A stretch of DNA of 63,579 nt, the filler included, from Collodictyon triciliatum (lineage: Eukaryota), in the NCBI GenBank assembly GCA_043381765.1. It is 7 parts of 7 records of this genome, joined end to end, with 100 filler letters (N's around TTAATTAATTAA, not from the genome) between each part and the next. Parts side by side here need not be neighbours in the genome. Positions count along the whole stretch, not along the records: positions 41,013 to 46,837 come from JBHJMP010002335.1; positions 46,938 to 58,609 come from JBHJMP010002336.1; 5 more parts are not named here. The stretch is one strand, 5' to 3'. The notes under the pieces are model-generated. The model did no database searches, was not told where the DNA came from, and saw nothing but the letters and a program-made list of their open reading frames with translations. Within the stretch, counting starts at the first letter, position 1, and every line of letters begins with the position of its first letter. The translations under genes were made by a program, and so were the position numbers. This document shows, in pieces, positions 42,473 through 56,700 of the stretch.

Positions 42473-43288
42473 GCGTTTGCTGCTCTCAGGTCTTGTTTGC
42501 AACATACTTTATCCTTCTTTTTTTTTTTTTACCCCTCTTTTCGCCCTAATCATCTATTCTTTAATTTTTGGAATGATTTTGTTGTATGATTTGATGTCAA
42601 GGACTACTTTTGGTCTTCTTTGTTCTTGCTTTTTTCCATTCAGGGGTGTGTGATAATGTGCTGTGTTTATTCGGTGAGAGAAAGTAAAAGTGTTATTCTT
42701 GCGTTGAATCGAATTGAATGCACCTCCTCCTCCTTGGAAAAGATCTCCGGACAATTAAAATCATGTTTGTATGCACGCAGGCAGAAATCTGATGATGATA
42801 ATGATGCGGAGAACAACAAAGTCTGACACAATAATATTGTTTAAAAAAAATCCAACAAATGAAGTCAAAACACTCCCAGGACCGATTGCTGCCCTGGTTT
42901 GGGCGGTTTTCTGGGGATGTTTGAACCACCATCTTTCTTTCTTTCCTTTAACTTCTACTCACTAAAGCAACAACGAATAATTCTGCTACGAGAAAAAGAT
43001 AAAGGAAAGAAATACAAAGCACACCATTGTCGCCAAAAACGTTATTATCCTCTCATTTCCCCATTCACCATCCTATTTTCTTCGTTTGTCCCCACGTTAT
43101 TCCCTCTTCGTTTTCACTGCCGTCTTTTTTTATTGACAATAAAATTTTATTCGTGAAAAAATAATACTCTATGGACTACAGGCATATGAATGACGATGTG
43201 TGTGTTCATTTTTATTGTATTTTAATCAATGAAGAAAGATGGTAGCTGGGTGACAGAAGAAAAAGAAGCACAAGAGAGGGAGGAAATT

Positions 43289-44121
43289 CTATGCCAGTCT
43301 TGAGGCAGCAGCCTCCAAGAAATCCAAATGTTTTTTGATGTCTCGACTGAGTGGAAAAAAGAATTGAAGTTTTTTTTATTGTCTTTCTACAGTTTCTTAA
43401 AGCCAAATAAAAAAATTTTTTTAAAGGCAACGCAAAATAAGGAGGATACCAATTTAATTTGTTTTCATGCCAAAATAGAAGTAGATAATTCATAGCAATT
43501 AATTCATCCAAATGCACTAAATTCACCAATAAGATATCATCTGAATGAAATACAAAGAGAAATAGAAGCATGTAAAACGTTCATACATTTGCAGGGCGAG
43601 GCTGTCCATATACTTTAGGTCTTCATCCAGTTGAATGCATTTCTTTACGAAATCTTCTGATGTCTGCACAGTGGACTGTACTGCCTCCGACATATGTGTG
43701 ATAGACCTTTCAAATGCCACCACGTTTTGCAATGTGACCGACGTAACCTTTTCAAAAATGAAAATGAAGATAAAGGTAAAGATAAAGAGTGCGAGTGTTG
43801 TTATTTCGGAATCCGAGGCAAAGTCTCTAGGAACATGGTTGTATGAATCTAAAAAAAAAAAAAAAAAATTACACCCAGATGTAAAAAGAGAAATAGAGAA
43901 GAAGAAAAAGTACTGTCTGCAACGAAGATTGAAGCGTGTGTGTAAACTGAGTCAAAGCGCTTGAAACTTGAGCAGCCTGTCGCTCAATCTCCACGATTGT
44001 CCTCTCATCCAGAACAGGGAAAAACTTGTGCTGCTTCTCCTGGATACTCTCCAAGCATAAGGCAAAAGAAGCCGCAAAGAACCCCAAAGGATAAAAATAG
44101 AGGATAGATGACAAAGTATAG

Positions 44122-44196
<75 letters not shown>

Positions 44197-44710
44197 TAAC
44201 AATAACAATAATAAAGGATCAACGCGGTGCAATGACAGTCCAGACACGTACCCGATCCCACACCTCCATGACGGTTATCGTCTGTCCCTCGTGGTCAGGC
44301 TTCAAGACAACCTCCTTGTCGTCTCCGTGGTAAATGAGCGCCTGCTCAGAGACAAGCACGAAGTTGTAGCCGAGAGCAAAAGGAAGAGGCAGACTCTCGT
44401 CGATGCGCAAGGACAGCGAAAGACTCCAGCCGTCTGCCGAGCCTTCGTGGGAAGGGCCTCCCAATGCCCCGCCACTCCAGCCCCTACTGGTTGCAGCCGC
44501 AGTGGCCGCGTCTCGCGCAGGATCGTCGCCTTCGCGCTCGTCATGCGGCTCGTGGCGGTGTTCCTGAGGCGTCGGGTGCAGCAGATCGGGGGCTGCCAGA
44601 GGATCGCTGAGCCCGAGACCCGGGTGGTTGCCCACAACAACAAGCCGCTCGTGCGGTCCCTTCGGCAGGGGAAGGTCGGGGCCCGAGAGGACGAAGCGCA
44701 GGTGGATCAT
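43289..44710 (-). CDS. BORCS6: CBM20-like domain fused to BORCS6 (lyspersin) C-terminal helical domain, ~267 aa
   Basis: Exons 44710-44252, 44039-43914, 43747-43587 and 43346-43289 splice in frame via GT-AG introns. C-terminal PVLDERTIVEIERQA...CIQLDEDLKYMDSLALQIRDIKKHLDFLE resembles BORCS6. N-terminal LVVVGNHPGLGLSDP..WSLSL..YNFVL resembles CBM20. Confidence 0.75.
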
Positions 44711-45330
44711 GGGCTTGCTTAGTTTCTTGCTTGCTTACCAGCGGGGGTGGATATATGGATAAGAACTTGTGCAGTCCTTGGGCTGATAATATGCTTTTTA
44801 TTGTAACCTCTATTGTTCTGTCGTTCTTTTCTGTAAGTGTGAATATGGTTCCTTTTGTTTTAAATTACTAATCGGTTTTTAAGTGTATTTTCGTTTGTCT
44901 ATGATTCTTTTGATTCTCTTTGCGCAGATCGAAAGAGGTGACAAGGTGAGCTGGTTGTTTTATTTTCCAGATATGAAATTTTGATGTGGATATTATATAA
45001 TAACGTGTTTTTAAAATCATAATATCTGAATTAACCGCATACATGCACACAGATATTTCAGTCTAAAAAACCATCTACCACGTGTGGACCTTCCATCATG
45101 TGTATGTCTTCATGTAAAGCCGGGGGATAAACACCAGCCGCCAGAGGGCGATCGTGAAGGAAGGTGTCCTAGCCCCCGGCCTACAGGCAAGTCATCAGGA
45201 ATCCCATCATGGTCTTTCACCAAGGATCAACTTGTTTTTTTATTTATTTATTTATTTTTTTTTTTAGCCAGCATCCTACTATTCCCAACCTTTTATATTA
45301 TCCTTGCCCTGACTTCTATGCCCATCTTTT

Positions 45331-45389
45331 AACTTGCCTTTGAGTTGTCTTTGAATCGAATAAAGGGAAAAAAACTTGCCTTTGAGTTG
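45331..45389 (+). mobile_element. 25-bp insertion (family A) with 17-bp target-site duplication
   Basis: AACTTGCCTTTGAGTTG (45331-45347 and 45373-45389) flanks TCTTTGAATCGAATAAAGGGAAAAA. Confidence 0.7.
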
Positions 45390-45459
45390 CCTTTGTGGTC
45401 TTTAACCCGATCTCTACGCATGTTCCACCAAAGACCAGCCAAATACTTTGCGCCTCAGG

Positions 45460-46757
45460 ATGACAACAGCCAGTGTCGAGGTTGAACGCTTCCCGGGTTG
45501 TTTCTTTGCCGCCAGCGTGCAGTAAGTGGAATCCTTCTATTATAACTCACTCCCGACCACTTTCCTTTTCTTTTTTTTCATCAAGCAAATGATTTAAAAC
45601 CAAAGTAGAGCTATGTAAACAGAAGGATGTGGCTTATCAAGAAGCTGTTTGAAAGCACGACCGAAAAGAAAATTAGAGAAAAGAAAGAAAAATACACACA
45701 TACATTCCATTTCTTTCTTGAGATTATCACACGATAATAATTAAATTACTGGTAACAAATGAACCTGAACCTATCATACTTGACATGTCTTTTATTTTAA
45801 CATCATACCTTTCTTCTTCTTCTTTTCTCTTTACTGGGGATATAGTGGTATCGATCAGGAATACTACCTCATCGCATACGATAATATGCCTGATTTAAGC
45901 GCGGAATTTATCCACCGAGGTAAAGTACGAAGTCCTGCGCCACAATCAAGTGCAGATTATTCACCCTCAGCTGGGCAGTATGCAGAAGTGCGGACTTTAT
46001 ACTCTACTGAAATGCCAGTTTGCTGGCGCGAAGCTTATATCAAACTCATCAGAGATGGTCTCGTCATAGTTTCTTACCTGGATAAAACAGAAACGGTAGA
46101 GGTGTCTCGAGTACGACCAGCCTATTCAAAACTTAAGGTCATTTGAATAATTTTAGCATGTCATCCATATTTTCTCTTTCTCGTTGTGTTATATATAATT
46201 CGTAAATAACTCGCTTCATATGTCTGACACATTACGTTTTTTTTTTCTTTCGTGTCTAGTTGCTTGGGACGCCAGAATTATTCTGTAGGACTATGAATGT
46301 AGATCGGGAGTTGATTCCTTCACTTCAAGATGGTGTCAAATTTCTGTCAGTACAAAATGCCACCAACGCCCTGATTGTCTTTTCTCAAGAAAATGGGATG
46401 CTTTCCGTAGTCGGCTTTAAAAGAAATGTGGACTCTGCTTGTCTTACCTTGAATGTTCATTTCAGCAATGAAGCTCGCTTGCTTGATATTAAAGCTGAAA
46501 TATCTCGACTCCAAAAAAAGGAAAAGAAAGATCCAATCTCTACTGCGGTTTGAATCTAAAATTATTGGCAAATATTCTACTTAAACATGACATTGTTTTA
46601 TAGTTTCCGAGTCAACGTAATCTTTATTCAATAATTCTAGAAAGCTCAGTATGCCTTTTCAGATTGCTTTGAAATCAAAGAGCGCCTGTTTGGACTTGTC
46701 ATTGGAAAAAAAGGGTCAAATATTAGAGCCGCTCAGAAACTTGGCGCTCATGTGATT
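45460..46757 (+). CDS. FMRP/FXR-like protein (tandem Agenet/Tudor, KH0, KH1), 3' truncated
   Basis: VEVERFPGCFFAASV, AEVRTLYSTEMPVCWREAYIKLI..ETVEVSRVRP, LTLNVHF and LFGLVIGKKGSNIRAAQK parallel FMR1 VEVRGSNGAFY, EPCCWWLAKV, LIDMHF and LMGLAIGTHGANIQQARK, in the same order. Confidence 0.8.
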
Positions 46758-46939
46758 GTATGTTTTTTTTTTTTTTTTTAAAAAAAAAAAATAATCTTTT
46801 CTTTTTTTTTTTTATAATTTAAAATATTTTTTTTTTTNNNNNNNNNNNNNNNNNNNNNNNNNNNNNNNNNNNNNNNNNNNNTTAATTAATTAANNNNNNN
46901 NNNNNNNNNNNNNNNNNNNNNNNNNNNNNNNNNNNNNGA

Positions 46940-47031
<92 letters not shown>

Positions 47032-47076
47032 AAAAGTGTTTCTCAGTGTCATGTGAACGGGCCACTGGGAACCAAC

Positions 47077-50000
47077 CTTCCGAAGTTGCTGTCAAATGAT
47101 TTCGGGCAGGTCTTTGTATACGAATCCAAAACATCCCATTGTCCTAGGGAATATAAAATCTCAAAAAATTGGTGTATTCAAAAGCATATATGCAACAAAA
47201 AAAACCTACCATTTTATTAAATAATTGTGCATTTGAGATTATGTATTCTTTCATTCAAACCTAGCCTCCAAGCAGCTTGTGTGGCCAAAGGGAGAAGACT
47301 CTTAATGGTTGAAAAGATTACGCATTTCGGATATATTTTCTCTTTTAATACATAAAAGAAAAAACCGAAAAGCAAATTACCTCGCTCAGATCTGGCTTGT
47401 CGATGAGTGTCCCGTTGACATGTGAAATCATCGTCTAAAGGGAAACAATAAGTTTTCATAATACATTCAACTTATTCAAGTATCACTTGTGAGTGAGACA
47501 TTGCTTTGATTTCGTCATACTTGCAAATGCCCCAAGTTCAGGTGGCAATTCAACAGTCCCTTATGCAGGAGAGAATTGCGCGGCTCTCTTTGTAGCATGA
47601 GTTCGTAGCATGTCAGTGCATCCGTCCACCTGTGTTAAAAATAACTTTCTAAAATAAATTAAAGCAAGTGGTGTTATATACAACATTTACATGGCGGTAC
47701 TGAATCGATTTAGAAGTTGCTTCATTCTGGCATATAGTGGTAAATCACAGTGTAATGTACGATTTTTATTTAGCTTTATTATATCATATTTGCAGAAAAA
47801 TAACCTTCTGTTAGACTCATGATATAAAATTTCCTCCTTGAGGCTTGGCCGGAATTGGATTGAAGCGACGCCTAACCCAAAATTATTGATAAAATTATAC
47901 ATAAAAGCATATCATGTAACGGTACACAAAAAGAATACCATTATTCCCCGGATTTTTTTTACTGGGTCTATTTTAAATTTAAATTTCAATTTTTGAAGGA
48001 TATCGATTTTAAGAAATAACCTGCCAACGCATCCTGTTCTCCGATATAGTGGTAAATCTTTTGCAATTGTGGAGCAAATTCTGCAAGAAATGTGGAGCCA
48101 AATTAGAGTTACTCGATATAATTAAATATATAGACCCAATATTTCTCTTTTACATTGCGAAAGTAACAACGGAAATGGTTTTTTCTAAACCTTGCAGAAT
48201 GATTATTCGATCAACTTTGACACCGCCAGTGGGCGAGGAAAGTCTATCACGTATGTAATTTTCGTAGTGTTTAAGAGACCTAACGATGACCGCAGAAGTT
48301 TGTGGAGTAAGCTTTCATCATTCGTTTGTACAAATGAATTATTGTTTAAATATAATTTGAGGTAAGTGAGATGGATGTCACCAACCTGGCAAAGAATCCA
48401 CAATGGAAAGACGCATCGGCCATTAGTTGCTGAGGCAGACTGTTGATTAGTTCTTCTACGTGAAGAGTTACAGAAGCTGGGTCTAGAGAAAATAGAATTA
48501 CTATCAAAGATGGTGAAGCATTTTTTTTTTTGCTTCTAATTGTTCGATTCAAATTTTGATATTTGTGCACCATGACACACAACACATAATATGATGGTTG
48601 CTACCAGGAATCCCTAGATTCGCAACATAATCAACCCATTCCTCTAAACGATCGATGATGAGAAAGGTTGTCTGAATGGCAAGTTGGGTTGACGAGCCTG
48701 GAGTATCCTTAGTGCTGGCTGAAACCTCTTGAGGCCCCGAAGACACAGAAGAATTCAGAATAAGTGTTATCTAAAACAACAACAAAAGATTAACTACAAT
48801 TGTAGCCGAGGTAGACTGGAAGGAGACAAAATAAAAGAGGGAATACTTCAATTGTTTTTAATGGAAAATAGAGATACCGACAAGTAAAGGGGACCATTAA
48901 TATATATATATACCTCCTCACGCACAAACCGTCGATCAGCCTCCGTCCCGTGGCAGACGATGCTTTGAATAAGATAAGGTAAAAGATATATGGCCACTTG
49001 ATTATCAATCCTAGTGACACCGCGACATAGCCCCAAAATTTTTTCACGAGGGCCACCTAATTTTGTTATTGATATTAATATTGTTGCAGAATTCTAACTA
49101 ATTTGTGTTCGACTAACAAAAAAAAAAACCATTATTTTCTAGTTTTTTAAGATATCACGAAAAAAAATTATAATAGGATGGTACTTAGGTGAAATGAACT
49201 TAAATAAAGGGTCTTACAGACTCGGGCAATCAACCCAGAACTCCACTCGACCAGCCACTTGCGGAACGGTTTCGAAGGCGAAAAAAATGGCCCCTTTTTT
49301 TTTTAAAAAAAAAAGAAAGAAAGCAAACACTATGTTTCATTAATTGCTCAAAAAATATTAATGATGTACTTCAAAAAGAATGCTGATTCATTTTACCTCT
49401 AAGACACCCACGGATGAACTGACTGGCATATATTTTGACGAAAGAAATGGGCGAATAATTTCACGAACGTCATCGCTGAATGAAGACCAAAGCTTGATTC
49501 CTAAGAAAAAAACCATTAATTTTGTCAAATTCAAGGCAAGGCAGCGTAGCATCGCCCCAAAAACTCAACATTTCTCATCCAATTTGAAAAACATATACAA
49601 TCGATTTGCTATCATAAATGACGTAATATTATAAGGTAAGTTTATTGTAAATTGTGAATCGAGGATACCACGGTCCCCAGGATTTTCATGCTCCATTCGA
49701 TCTGGCGTGTTACTGTCACAACCAAAGCTTTTCAATATATCCTATTGTATAGATAAATTAGGTTTTAAGACCTAACACAAGAACCTATTTCCTTCTTTTT
49801 TTTTAAAAAAAAAATAGACCGTCTCTGAGATAGAGCTTCTTCACCTGTATAGCAAGTGCTGCAAGGTCCTGCCACCCAGAATTCTGCTCGGTACGTAGGA
49901 TTCTATATAAAATTGAAACATTATTATGACGATTGAATAAATATTATATTACCAAGAAGCCATCATTACAAGGATTTAGAGAAAGTAACAATTAAATAAA

Positions 50001-53000
50001 GTTAGCTCTATTCGAACCTGACAAGATGCAGCATGATTAGTTCAGAAGCAAAATCTTCATCGTTTTCATGCCATGGGATTTTAGTCTTTAAATTCACATG
50101 GACATGCGATGGGTCTATCGCTCCTACAGTTATGTTAAAAAAAAAAAAAGTCATAATACGTAAATGAACCCGTCCTTGATGATGAGGAGATAGAGAAAAA
50201 AAATATGTCTTTTTTTTTTTAAAAAAAAAAAAATGGTGTGAAAAGATCAAACCGATTAATCCTATGCATTGGGCAGCTTTGATTTGGACAGTCTTTTTGG
50301 ATTCTCGGAAACACAACGACAACGATTTGATCATCTCCCCAATAACTCTGTGAAAATGAATAGTATTGGTGTGAAAGCATTCCTGTTAGCATTATTCTAA
50401 TTCAATTGAGGAAAAATGAGCTAATTTCGAGGTCCAGCAAACATACTATTCACACAAAACATTCAAAATATGGAACAGGATGATAAAAAAAAATCCAACG
50501 TCGGGTTTCGAAGCTCCTCAGACAAAAACTCGCGTGAATTCAGCTTATTCTCCTGTTTTTTTTTTTTATTGTTATAGTTAAATTAATCACCTTTTTCTTA
50601 AAAAAGAGCGACCAAACGACTAAAGATGTGCGCTTATGTTTTTTAATACTAAATCGAAGGGTATATACAGATAAGTATTCGTAAAGCTCAATAAGCGCAC
50701 GTTCCTTCACTGCTGGACTTTCATGCATGATTGCAGAGCAAAGTTGTATTAGCCGGTCCTTTTGAAAGAAAAAAGTATTTTACTTTATCAGAAATTATTA
50801 ATAAAAAAAATAAAAGGTGAATGTTCTTTATATACATAAAGTTGAAGGATATCAATAGACAAGAGCATAGATAAGCTCTGAATACAGATAAAATTCTATT
50901 GAAGTTTGGGTATGACCTTAAACTCGATAACTGGTCGATTTTGATCGATGATTGTGTGTATGGCCTTTTATTTATTTACTTTTGTTGAGGAAACGATTCC
51001 GTAAAGAAAAACATCAATCAAATACAGGTGAAGAATGCAGAAGCAAAATGTCATGAAAACCTGCAAGCTTGGGTGATTTGGTAGAAAATGGATAGATTTG
51101 AAATGCGCTTTGAGGTATTCCTGCTTCCCAATAATTAGTCCTTGAAGTATTCTGACCGCTGCACAAGATTGATAGTAGAATTAACGGCGGCACATTTAAA
51201 GAAAGGTAATATGAATTAAATAGGGTATACTTATATTGCATATATGAGCGATTAAGGCGGGAAAAAAACCTAATTCCTGCTGCGTCTCAAGAAAAGATAT
51301 CAACTCTGCCGCTACTTGCCCGAGTATTTGGATTGTGCTGGTCGGGTCTAGTTGTGCAAGAAACTGTTCCCATATCAACAGTGCCTGATTTGATATAATC
51401 GATAGTTACGAAGAAACAACATGGATTGCAATTTAAAAACACTTTGAAAGCATTCGGTAATTTGTTGATAATTTTCAAATGAAAACAGAGCATGTCTATG
51501 ATAAACGCACATCCATTTCCAAAATTTTGTCTTGTGCTAGTGATTTCAATGTCGTCATTATCTTCGGTCGAACAAACTAATGCATGTTATAACAAAAAAA
51601 TCAAAAAAAAAAAAAAAGAAGCTGAAACTATAGTCTTTATCATTCATTTATGACGATTTATCATGGCTTTCCTGAAAATTACCTTTACGTTGGACTCGAG
51701 AAGTGAAACAAGCATCCCAAAACTTCGGCACGCAATAACTTTCTTTTCATTGGTAGACTGCTTAGATTAAATACAAATTGTTAGGTATTTTTCTTGTAAT
51801 ATAAATATAAATAATTGACAGTTTTTCTTGTCTACTTTTTTTTAATTCACTAAAGGAATTTTAAAATATTGGATGCTGAACCTGGCGATTTAACAAGCTT
51901 TTTGTCAAGTAGTCAACAATTGAAAGGAATCGTTCTTGTAGAAAGTCGCAAAGCTGAACAGGTTGTTCTACAATAGAAACCGTAACTGAGAATGTGTTGT
52001 TAAATCATAATTCATAGTTGAACATATAGACGTTTCAAAGAATTTTTTAGATAACCTGGGTACAAGAAGCTTGTTATCTTTGGAGGTTCAGAATTATATT
52101 GAGAAAATATTTATTATTAGTCATCGCAATTCTTTCTTTCTTTTTTTTTTTTTGGGAGCACACTTTTAGACATAGTATCGACGGCATACATACCAAATTA
52201 CAAATTAAGTTTATTGGGGTGAAGAAATTGAAAGACAAACTTTTCTCAGTGCGTTTACAGCTCCTTCCTTTATTTGCGCATCTTCATCGCCAAGAACAAC
52301 GGATATCTCATTGAGGATATCCGACAAACACATGAAAACCAATCTCTGAGATTTTTCGTTCATTATCTGAATAAAATAACGTGTTAAGAAAAGGTAAACT
52401 TGTGTGAAAATGGAGGAGATTCATATTTAAAAAATAATAAATATGATTGAGCGTAATTATTCCATTATTGGATCAAATTATCGATTTTTTTTTTGGTTTC
52501 TTTTCAACAGTTTATTGAGAGAAAACAAAGCCGAGGAAACCGCCTTCGCTGGATCAAATTATCGATAAAAATTACATTCATTCGAAAAAAACGAAAGAAA
52601 AGGTCTTACTTCATCTAGAAACTCTAACGAATCCTGTATGTTTGAATTTGGATTCAGAAACAAGGATGAAAAGACTTTGTGCATGTGCTCAAATATGAAA
52701 GTTGCAACATTCTCGTTTGCTCTACGAGCACATTCGTTCAACAAATCCCTACGTAAAATTACTTCATTATGCTGAAACGTGTGGTGTAAATGATGCAGAT
52801 TTCCAAATTGAATGTCATGAAAAGAAAGAGCTGTTTGGCGTCATTAAATCACCTTGATTTTTCCTGAATGAGATAGGGAATAATCACGTTCGAGTACTCC
52901 TTGATAAAGGTGTTTGTATCCAGTTCGAAGAAAGCCGACGCTATCTGTGAAAGAAGCATTAAATCCAAGCAAATCAGAGGTAGCAAAAGAATATTCAAGA

Positions 53001-53669
53001 TAAACGCACATCTGACGCAAGTCTTTCATCCACGAGAAGCTTCGATATAACGAATGGGCATAATTTCGCTTGGTATTTAGACGAAAACTCTGCCAAAGTA
53101 AGCTGTGTATATTTGTTAATAAAGCAAAATTATTTAGAGACACACTGAATTTACGATAAAAAATAATTTATTGAATGAAAGAGGGGATTTGAGTTACAGT
53201 ATCAATTTAATAAAATGTTATGAGTGCTTTAATATATATGACCGATGTCGCACTCATGTCTTTTTTTCTATTTGATAAATAAAAATATTGAGCTTCCAAC
53301 CTTTCTCTTTTTTGCGAACATCCTAACTGAATCATAGACACGAGAAATAATTTCGGCGCTTGTGTGGCGAATAAAAGGCAGCAGAAATAGTATGTGACTA
53401 CACAACTCATCTCCTATTTTTTTATTCTTTATTTTTAAAGAATCCTTAACGTAATTTTTTGAGTCATCCCTCCATCAATCTCAATTCTGCTATTATTTTT
53501 TTTGTTCTTTATAGTTCAATTATTTTTTTATTTGGAGTTACCATTTGAATCAGAGCAATAGTCTGCATATAAACGAATTATACGCCCTTGGATGGAAACA
53601 TTTTGGCAACTCGATATGAGTCCCTTCAATATGATTTGTTTTCATGTCACTTACGCGAACTCATTTCGA

Positions 53670-53723
<54 letters not shown>

Positions 53724-56700
53724 GTTATTATTATATTATATTATTAGTATTATTAGTGTTATTATATTATAATAATATGCGAATTCAAACTCTCAGCAAA
53801 GTGATATAATCTCCAGGTGAATTAATCCGTGTTCTACGTGCTGACATACAAATAGACGATTAATAAATGTGATATGCAACAAAAGTATGCATGTATATTT
53901 ATCAAGTAAAACCTCTACGGAATGATATCAAATGAATTCATTAGATAGTTCACACTTACAATTTTGGTCCGCATGAGCCAGAATTTTGAGTACAGGAAGA
54001 GCAGACATTACAATCTAACAGGACAAGAATTTGATAACCATCTGACAATATCTTATAGAAGACGAAGAGCTTGGTAAATACAATAGTATATATCGCTTTA
54101 GACCATGCCCAAAATTTACCTCCAAGTCATCCTCATTTGAAAACTTGAGTAGTTCATCGACGATTCCTTCGTAAAAGATATCGCTCATATGGCAATGAAT
54201 GAGACTTGTTTGTAAGCTAAAATTTCGAGAAAAATTTCTCAAGTCATGATTTGATAATCTTTAACAGGTATTTGATTCAAAAAAAAAAAACTAAGTTTCT
54301 AATAGAATATCCGAGTAAACGTTTTTTTGCACTCTGATTATTATTTTTTTTTTAAAAAAAAAATGCTCATCAGTCCAGTTCATAAAATACGTTACCTTTT
54401 CATGGCATTCTCCCGAACTATGGACGAATTTTTTTCTCCAATCAAAGACTTTGAAAGCTTAACCAGGTAAGGTACATTTACATTGGTCGATTCCTAACCA
54501 AATAACGAAAACAATTAGTTTTAGACGAAGAATACTCATGGTGCCGTGGCTGCTTAAACTCTATGGTAAATATTTTGGACATATACATGAAATTTACCAT
54601 AAATGTTTTGCGGACAGAGGCACAACCACACAATTTGCAAGACCATTTCACCGCGAAGCCCTTCATAATAATCTTAGTGTTATGTATTATTTTTTCTGCC
54701 TCCCTTGTTGCAAACCAATCGAAAATACATAGACATAATATCTGCATATCAGCAACGAGAATCTACCCTGGTGGTCGGCTCACGAGACAAGGTCAATGTT
54801 TTCGACAAGGAGCAGCACAGCATACCGAGAATAGATGAAGCTTTGGGTGCGAGGACGGGTGATTTTTCTATTATACACCTTTGACAGTCGAGAATTTAGC
54901 TCGGCTGGAAGTATATGAAGTCAAACTGTAATAATCAACTATATGTATTGGCAGGGGCTATCCTTATATCTATTACGACTCTTGTTTCCATACTTGATTT
55001 TTTCCGAGAAGTCAAACAGTTCTGTTTGATCTTGTGCGACACGAAGAACAATGTATGGTAAATACTCAATGAGAGGAGAGATCATTATAGCATTCATCTT
55101 TTCCGAGTCCCTATGCAAAATATGAATTAGATTTCAGTAATACAGAAAAAATCATATTTTTTCATCATCAAACGATGAAGTTTTGTTTTGGAGTCTGTGG
55201 TATGGATTCAACCAGGCAAAATTTGAATTCTTACAGAAATATTGATGTAAACCAACTAGAATTGTTTTCATCAGCTGATAGGTTTTGTATCACAGACGAC
55301 AAATGCAATCGATTTTGTTCGCTTTCAAAGAAACCCTTCGGCGAGTTTTCTATTTGATATAGAACAATCTCATTGAGTTTCGGGATGGGATCAAAATAGA
55401 AGAGAAAAATGTGTCTTTGTAAGAATAATCTCACCGATAATGAATTCAAACAAAGATTTTGCAATATCATTCAGCCATTCAGGTGTGTGTCCATCCACTA
55501 TTCAGCAATAACATTTTCTCAGATAATACTTTGAATTGAATAAAATGGAAAATGTTTCCTCGGGAGAAGTGTGTGTTCGTGTGTTTGATATATCAGTAAA
55601 GGTATTTGCTGAAATATAATTTTACAATTTGTATCTTCATACCTGAAACGTATGCTAGGTGAATCGACCAAGTGACGCGAGAACAATCTGAATCAAAAAT
55701 CCGTTTTTCCTTTTTTTTCCAAAAAAAAAAAAGGTGCAGAGTAGCTATAATTTAGTCTTCATAATATGTCATTGAGAGGAGCGATATAAGTAAGTATTGA
55801 TGTAAGTATTCAGTAATAATCTTTACTTGTGTCACTTTTAAAATTGGTGATCGGTAGGATTCAAATTGCTCAGATGAAAAATTCAAATAAGAGTGCATTT
55901 TCCTAAACACTCCAATCACCTAAATGGCATTGAAATGAATGTAATCTTATTTATGTATCACAACACATCAAAAATTTCTAAAAATATGGAAAGACATGCA
56001 AACCATAGGCAATAGATACAAAAAAGATTCATCAACTCGCTCTAGGTAATCATCGAAAAAATCTTTGACAATGTGGAATGTGGTCTGTTGAAAGATATGT
56101 TTTTTTAGAAAAGAAAGCTTATCATAATTATGCTGATAGTATTAGTCCTTGTCACTCAATAAAGGACCCAGTTTTAGTTTTAAGCATCCATGATGAAAAG
56201 TTACCTCATGAAGAGGCACTGTGTTTTCTTCCTCTGTTGCTTTCAAGCGCTTAGAATTTGGCACCTCAAATCGATATGAAAATCCGTGTTTATTTTCTCG
56301 ATTTTCCTTCTATAAGATGTTTTATTTGAGAATTTAACCATTCTTTGGAGAAAAAATTATGACAGTTATAGTCCTAGATCAAAAAGCATAGAGGCTATAT
56401 ATTTTTGAAAAATGATATACCTCAGCTTCAATTATTAAACAGGACAGCTGGATGAGGGAAGACTACAATTGATACATATATATTTATATTCATTTTGAAT
56501 CAGGAAAATTTTGTCAAATTTGATACATGAATGAGATACAAGAAAAAATGAGAAAAATCACTTGGATACTCGTTTTATAGCAATCTAATAAACCTGAATT
56601 CTGAAATCGTTACAGTCGATGTAGGTTGTGATGACATCATAGAGAATATCCAATTCATATGGGTTTGAAGTGATAGAAACTGAGAGGCATTCTATTAATT

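Noticed and set aside
41581-42653. Multiple long overlapping ORFs on both strands
   Set aside because: These are shadow frames of a GC-rich proline-repeat exon. Only the frame spliced to the WH2 exon is supported.
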